From contig OZ025783.1 in the NCBI GenBank assembly GCA_964019425.1, positions 1,426,001-1,490,000 of the forward strand: DNA of 64,000 nt, read 5' to 3'. Origin of the DNA: Flectonema sp. DT1601. Taxonomy: Eukaryota. A model generated the notes under the pieces. The model had not been told where the DNA came from and searched no databases. It saw nothing but the letters and a program-made list of their open reading frames with translations. Shown piece after piece: positions 57,882 through 64,000 of this stretch (position 1 is the stretch's first letter; each line of letters starts with the position of its first letter). The translations under genes and the position numbers were made by a program.

Positions 57882-58024
57882 ATTAATTTTTTTTTTTTTT
57901 TTTTCCCGAACCGTCATTTACACCTTTAGGATATGTTATGGTATCTTTCTTTAGTACTTCGAAGTGTTGTATTATTTCTTATATTTATTACTACACAATC
58001 AGATACCAACTATTACATACAATC

Positions 58025-59245
58025 ATGTCTGAGTATAACATGTTAGGAAGTCTTGGTGTTGAAATCCCGCACAAGATTGTACGACTCACGAAAGGCCCTA
58101 ATGAGTTTATTAGAGAAGGTGGAGGTCCGTTATCACATCACATATCTGGGAGATATTCGGAGAGGAGATCTGAAAAAAGAGACTCGTGGAGGACTGACTG
58201 GAGGCCTCATGCTGAACCAATGCAACGTTCTCATTTTTCAACAAATCACCCTTCTAGTATGCAACTAGATAATGACGTACAGGCTGTCTCTACTCTCGCT
58301 CCACAAATGGAACATCACCGTAAGCTGTCAAAGAAAGCTGAGCAAGAATTCGAGCATCCACTCGAAAGCCACAAATACGAAAACAAACACAAACAACAAC
58401 GTCCTCCTCTCCGACCGGTTAATATTAATTCGGTTTCTGCTGCTGGAGCTCCTTCAAAAGTATGTAACAACGCAACACATTGTAAGAGAGATTGGAAATA
58501 TTATTTTTGTTAGTTGTGGTCATCTTATTGATTAAAAAAAACAAAACCACAGAAAGTAACAAGGCTCTCGATACCCGACGTAGCCAGAGATGTCAACAGC
58601 GTCTCAGATGGAAGCGAACACAGCAGCAGGCGATACGAATCGTACCAACCGAGAGACAAGCGAATCTGGACAGCAGAACGGGACAGAAAGGAACGTCAAA
58701 AAGAGCGTCTCAGCAATGCTGTTGTAGGAAAGGAGCACATGCTGAGTGCGACTTCCCCACCGAGAGAAAGAGAAGAAGTTTACAACCCAACAACGCATTA
58801 TGATCCAAGTCAAAAGTTTCAGTCGTTTGAAGTTCCACAAACGCAGAGGCTTTGGACTGCAGAACGCGGTAGAAAAGAAGCTGTCAAGCTACAAAATGAG
58901 AACACTCCTCGTACTCATACTTTACAACATGCTCATAAGAAACTTTGGGAACCTGACAACTACTGTAGTCCTCTAAGACAAGGTCAGATTGGAGTACAGA
59001 AATCTGCACTCCAAAGACAGCTTCAGACAGCTGGTTGGTGGGAAGCACAAAGCTCTCCTAATGAAGTTGCTACTCATTTAGAACACTTTCCGCAATCACC
59101 TTCCATGAAGCAACCTTACTTCGGTTTACCAAACCATTCGAGAAATCTTTATGAGACTGCTGACCCGAATATTAAACGTTCTGCGTCAATGCATAATGTT
59201 ACTCGATCTTCATCAAGATCAGCAGCTGTAAGAAAGTGGAAATAA
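58025..59245 (+). CDS. Hypothetical protein (375 aa), exons 58025-58459 and 58553-59245
   Basis: Phase-0 intron 58460-58552 (GTATGT...aaaaccacAG) joins the 57938 and 58739 frames. Internal repeat RIWTAERDRKE / RLWTAERGRKE. Confidence 0.75.
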
Positions 59246-59516
59246 ATTGATGTTAAACAAGGGAGAGGATCTTACACCTGAACTGTATCTCTTTTCCTCA
59301 CACACTAGTTAGAGTTAGATTATTGTTTTCTTTTTCCCCCCCCTCTCCTTTTTCGTTTGTAACCTACATCCCTTGAACCCTTGCATCTCATCTAAAAGTT
59401 TACTTTAATAGTATCGCCACTCATCTCATCCCCTCGTGTTAGAATACCATTCGTCGTTTTGTGTTAATCGTGTAGTGGATAAGGAATGTTTTCTTTTTAA
59501 ATTTAGGATTCAGAAG

Positions 59517-60275
59517 ATGGCAGCTCTCGCTCAAAAAGAATGGCAACACGGTCTTCATAATCTCCGTGGAGTGAAGGAGATGTCATTCATGCAACAGGAA
59601 CTGAGTCCGGGACCTTCGAACTATAAAGCAGCGGAGTTGAAAAAGGCAAAGGGAGTAACAAAATGGGTTGTTCCATCCACAGCGAGAAGACTAGCCAAAC
59701 CAGCTGATTCAAATACACCTAGTTACATGAAAGAAACAAAGACATTCTCAAAAAGAAAAGGAAAGGTTGAAGGAGTTGCGTACAGTCCTAGAAGAGAACA
59801 GAATAATGAGACAGCTGAAGTATTAAAACGAAGTGCCGGTAGATCTCGAACTCCGACATCAACGAAAAGGACGCTGACTCCTCGGAAGACTTCATCTGCG
59901 GTAATTGCAACCCCGACAGCTATTCCTGTTACTGCTACAACACCAACTTATACTCCTCCAGCTGTGAGTAGTGGGACTTCTGTATTTGATAGACTTTATA
60001 GTCCTTCTGTTGTAAAACATACGACTGTTAGTCAAAGTCCTTATCAGTCACCTCAACGTATTCAAAAAGCACCATTAGTGTTGGGAAGTGATCATCCGGC
60101 ATTTGGTCAAGTATCTGCTGCTGACAGAGCTGTTATTCAAGAGAAGATCAGACAACTGAGTATACACATGACTTCGTTAAATCGACAACCTCAAGTTGCA
60201 AGTTGGGTTCAGGATAACCCGACGATGTCACCATCTCCTTCACCGTGTATCGCACCTGAAAGATACGCTGTGTAG
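59517..60275 (+). CDS. Hypothetical basic, Ser/Thr/Pro-rich protein
   Basis: 252-aa ORF from ATG 59517 after a T-rich AG acceptor; contains SVFDRLY and TPSYMKET short motifs. Confidence 0.7.
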   Translation: MAALAQKEWQHGLHNLRGVKEMSFMQQELSPGPSNYKAAELKKAKGVTKWVVPSTARRLAKPADSNTPSYMKETKTFSKRKGKVEGVAYSPRREQNNETAEVLKRSAGRSRTPTSTKRTLTPRKTSSAVIATPTAIPVTATTPTYTPPAVSSGTSVFDRLYSPSVVKHTTVSQSPYQSPQRIQKAPLVLGSDHPAFGQVSAADRAVIQEKIRQLSIHMTSLNRQPQVASWVQDNPTMSPSPSPCIAPERYAV

Positions 60276-60627
60276 TGCTGTAGCTATTGTACCTTTTTTT
60301 TCTTCTTTTCTTCTTTTTCTCTGCTCCCAACATAAGTAGTTTATTATTTGTAACGATTCTTGCGGACGGCTGGGGATATTCATCCGATCAAAAAGCCGAT
60401 CAAATGTTTGTTTCCCGTAGATTTCTTGATAATGGTTTGCGATTTGATAATATTCTTTTGTATTGTACAAGTTTTTTTTCCGTCTTTTTTTTTTTTTTTT
60501 TTTTTTTTCTCTTTCTGCGTGATGATAAAAAAAAAAAAAAAATCGATGTAAAACAAACAATCCAAATTTAAAATTTTCTAATGTTTTTTTAAATTCATTT
60601 TTTCTTATTATCAGTTTAATAAAAACC

Positions 60628-63306
60628 ATGCAAGACCCTTTACATGGATCACACCATCACGTGTACATCCCTCACAGGAGTCGCGTGCAATGCAATTCTT
60701 GTTCAGAAGAACAAGTCACAGACACTGATATTAATATTGGAAGCTTCATGAATGTTGTTACAAAGGGAGAGATGTACCTTCGAGTTGTAGGAAGTAGAAT
60801 TAATGGAACAGTTGCAAGAGATGATATCGAAGTAATAGAAGCTCTTGTGTTCGTGTCGAGGTGGTTAGCGATAGCTCTGGATGAGTGCGCTTATGAAGAT
60901 GTTGTTTTCATCGCTTCTGAAGATAAGGATTTTATTGAAAAAGTAATTCCGGTTTTGGGATGTGTTGAACTTTTACTGTTGTCAGATTTCTGTTGGGATG
61001 AAGAATCGCAGGGATTGTATTTTAAAAAACCAACTCAACACCATCGCTGGACCAGTCGAAGAGGTGCTGCTATCCTACGTCTGGTTAGAGATGAGCTTAA
61101 CTTTCTATCACGTGGTCAACGTAAACACACAGCTGTTCTTCACGGATCTGATTCTATTCGTACTTATGTTGATGAGTTTAGTCGATTGGCTGCTGAATAT
61201 GATCGCCCTGATTCGTATCCAAATTTCAGCGACGCCATCTGTTGGATGCGTCTCCGTGATCACTTCATCACAGCTGCATCCGCAACAAAAGATCGCGAGC
61301 TTGCAGCTCATTATTCCCATTACTCTGAGCAGTCAACTCGATACCTTGAAAAGGTTCTTTCATACAATGAATATAATAATATTACTGAAGCTTTTAAAGG
61401 TGGATCTATAATGTCTTCGTGTAGGTTTTCAGAAGAATTACAGATGCAGAGATACTTGAAGAAGGAACGTCCGTGTTCCACAGGAAACAACACTCCAGCT
61501 GCAGGTAGTCTCTCTCCAAGTGGTGAGACGCCTTTGGGATCGCTGAGTCCGGAAATTATGAGAAGTCCGGGGATTACTTTAATTAGAAGCCCTTATCCAA
61601 AAGATAAGAAATTTGCATTTGAACGTGCGCTCCCAGTCTCACCACGTCTTCTTGTGAGAGAACCAGCCATGCAATTTGCTGGGTTATTAAATGTGGTCCA
61701 AAACTGTTTTATGAATTGTCTACTCCAAGCATACTACATGTCGAGATCCTTCACACAGGCTATTATGAATTTTCCTTCTGATTGGATAGAAGCGCCTACA
61801 AGTGATGAAATATGTTCAAAAGTTAAATTAATTCACAGACTGCAAGCAGTCTTCTCCTACTTAGAACTGTCTTCAGCCAGTTGTGTTAATCCTGAATATG
61901 TATTAGAGACTGTTGGTCAGGACAATCCTGCATTTCAAGATGGTGGTCAGCACGATCCGCATGAGTTTGCTGACGCTTTCATTGACATGGTCGTGAATGG
62001 TTTTAGTTCATTAAATAATCCAGACTTATCAGGTCCTCTTGATAAATTAGTATTCGGTGAATCTTTAGAAACGTCAATTGGAAGAGATGGACAACCAGGT
62101 GATGAAAGAAGAGAGAAAACCCTTCATTTCATTCCTTTATATCTCCCACAACCTGGAGAGAAAGTCAGAGGTCGTCCACCAGTTGGATGTTATACACCAA
62201 TTCCTTCATCTAAATCTGTGATCCCAATTCCACAATCGGAAGATCGTCATGTTTATAAAAATATCGACAAGCAGATCGCTGATTGCAACAGACAACTTAA
62301 ATTTAAAGACGAGGCTGACAAACAAACATCAGCAAAGGGTCTTAAATTATTAACATCATCAGGAAACTATCCATCTTTAGAAGTTCTCGTTGATATACTT
62401 GAAGACAATAACATTGAGCAAAGTGATGTTGAATACCTTCTTGAGACAGAAATCATTAATGAACCACCACAAACTGCTCATATTTCTCGTGTAAGTTTAT
62501 ACGATGCACTTGATCAGCTGACAATCGACTTTAAGGATGTCGAATCGAGCACAGCAGCGACATTAAAAAGTTTTACAATTCTTCCGAATTTGTTGATGTT
62601 TTATCTTCCAGCTCGTACTGCTGGTGTTGAGCATCGAATGGTTGATTTTAATATGAAGATACACCTTGATCGGTATGTCGATTCTACTGCTTCAAACAAC
62701 GCGAGAGATTCCAGCATGCGTTTGTTGGAAAGAGCTCAAGACTTAGAAAGGATCATCGCATCAAAGAATGACGTTATAAAACATTTAATTGAAACAATGA
62801 ACAGCAGACTTAACTTTTCTCAACAAGAATCAGAACTGTTCAGCTCTATGATTTCTGATAATCAAACAGTAGTGTCACAATCACACGATGAACTTGAAAT
62901 CACAAATGAAAACATTCTAAGTTGCTATGATGATATAGAGTCTTCTGACAAAAACACGTATCACTTACACGCCATTATAGTACATAAGGCTATTGCTGAA
63001 GATTTTGGTCATTACTATAGCTACGCTATTGATAGAAGAAATGGAAATCGTTGGATTAAATTTGACGATACTCGTGTTCTTACTGTATCACCTGAAGAAG
63101 TATTCTCTGAAGAGACTCGTCGTAATGTTTATTGTATGTTTTATGAGTCTGAGGAGTCTGTTTGTTCGTCAAAAGCAACTGATGTTGCGATTCCTCAGAG
63201 CATGAGAGAAATTATTCAGTACGAGGATAGACGTTGGAAACAAAAAACACAAGCTCGTTGTGAACAGCAGACTGTGCAACATCAACAGCTTGCTTCAATG
63301 CCGTAG
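60628..63306 (+). CDS. Ubiquitin-specific protease (peptidase C19/USP) with coiled-coil insertion
   Basis: Cys box GLLNVVQNCFMNCLLQ, QHDPHEF, His box YHLHAIIVHK...GHYYSY and WIKFDDTRV. Confidence 0.93.
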   Translation: MQDPLHGSHHHVYIPHRSRVQCNSCSEEQVTDTDINIGSFMNVVTKGEMYLRVVGSRINGTVARDDIEVIEALVFVSRWLAIALDECAYEDVVFIASEDKDFIEKVIPVLGCVELLLLSDFCWDEESQGLYFKKPTQHHRWTSRRGAAILRLVRDELNFLSRGQRKHTAVLHGSDSIRTYVDEFSRLAAEYDRPDSYPNFSDAICWMRLRDHFITAASATKDRELAAHYSHYSEQSTRYLEKVLSYNEYNNITEAFKGGSIMSSCRFSEELQMQRYLKKERPCSTGNNTPAAGSLSPSGETPLGSLSPEIMRSPGITLIRSPYPKDKKFAFERALPVSPRLLVREPAMQFAGLLNVVQNCFMNCLLQAYYMSRSFTQAIMNFPSDWIEAPTSDEICSKVKLIHRLQAVFSYLELSSASCVNPEYVLETVGQDNPAFQDGGQHDPHEFADAFIDMVVNGFSSLNNPDLSGPLDKLVFGESLETSIGRDGQPGDERREKTLHFIPLYLPQPGEKVRGRPPVGCYTPIPSSKSVIPIPQSEDRHVYKNIDKQIADCNRQLKFKDEADKQTSAKGLKLLTSSGNYPSLEVLVDILEDNNIEQSDVEYLLETEIINEPPQTAHISRVSLYDALDQLTIDFKDVESSTAATLKSFTILPNLLMFYLPARTAGVEHRMVDFNMKIHLDRYVDSTASNNARDSSMRLLERAQDLERIIASKNDVIKHLIETMNSRLNFSQQESELFSSMISDNQTVVSQSHDELEITNENILSCYDDIESSDKNTYHLHAIIVHKAIAEDFGHYYSYAIDRRNGNRWIKFDDTRVLTVSPEEVFSEETRRNVYCMFYESEESVCSSKATDVAIPQSMREIIQYEDRRWKQKTQARCEQQTVQHQQLASMP

Positions 63307-64000
63307 AAATTGTCATTATTGAGTTTTATGCGGTTCTCTTCTCTTAAACTTGCCCCTTTTTTTTTTATTATAGATTTTTAGATATTATTCCCATACCTTT
63401 TTCCCTGCTCAATTACGTTCTTCGATACAGTGATTTTTATTTGAACTGTCCTGCTGTTACTTCACTTCTCATCGTTTCCGACGTTCTACACTGTTTTCTT
63501 AAGTACTGTGTTGCTGATATTGTTTTTTTATTTTTTATTTTTTAAAATTATTCTTTTATTCTTGTTCGGTGGGTAAGATCATGCAACAAAACTTACCGTT
63601 CCTTTGTGAATGTATTATTGCCAATTGGCGTCAACAAACACTGTAAATCTTCCTTTTCATAGAATAATCCCAGCCCCGTTACCTCCCTTTTTTTATTTTT
63701 TTAAAATTTTTTTGTTTTATTTTTATTAGTCGTTAATCGTTATTATTGATCATATTTTTTTTTCTTTTTTTTTTGAAAAAATTTCATTGCAAACATGCAA
63801 AAAAAAAAAATATCAAAATCCTTACACAAAAAAAACATTGTAGTTGTGTGAAATTGAAAGCATGAAATGAGTGTCTTTATTCTTGTGGTTCAGTTTCTTG
63901 TGTATCTTGTGTTTGGGACCTTCGTTTGTAACCGTCAGCTATCTATCGAGCTTATGATTGTCAGTCGTTGCTGTCGTGTTAACTAAATCTAACAAAATCG

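Overview
AT-rich eukaryotic (protist) genomic DNA. About 20 protein-coding genes lie head-to-tail, all on the + strand, with short GT-AG introns and long poly(A)/poly(T) intergenic tracts. This layout suggests a euglenozoan, probably a diplonemid (inference). Four findings stand out. (1) The four long ORFs at 3415-16148 splice into one ~4146-aa gene. It has three tandem repeats whose motifs resemble MavL/DUF4804-type ADP-ribosylhydrolase macrodomains, then ankyrin repeats, then a C-terminal polycystin-2 (TRPP) channel, making it a candidate ADP-ribose-linked 'chanzyme'. (2) An 18.2-34.6 kb tandem array encodes secreted Cys-rich/PTAV-mucin proteins with 1-5 shuffled modules, plus truncated copies. 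(3) Array spacers carry a repeated hammerhead-ribozyme-like motif with non-canonical strand order, a long hairpin that recurs at 53.4 kb, and a decayed HNH nuclease. (4) The remaining genes are AP-5 mu, a ZIP7-like zinc transporter, RIT1, a SNF1/CIPK-like kinase, a HAD hydrolase, a transmembrane MAPKKK, an IQ-motif protein, a USP deubiquitinase and several hypotheticals. All family assignments come from motif recognition by eye; no database searches were run.
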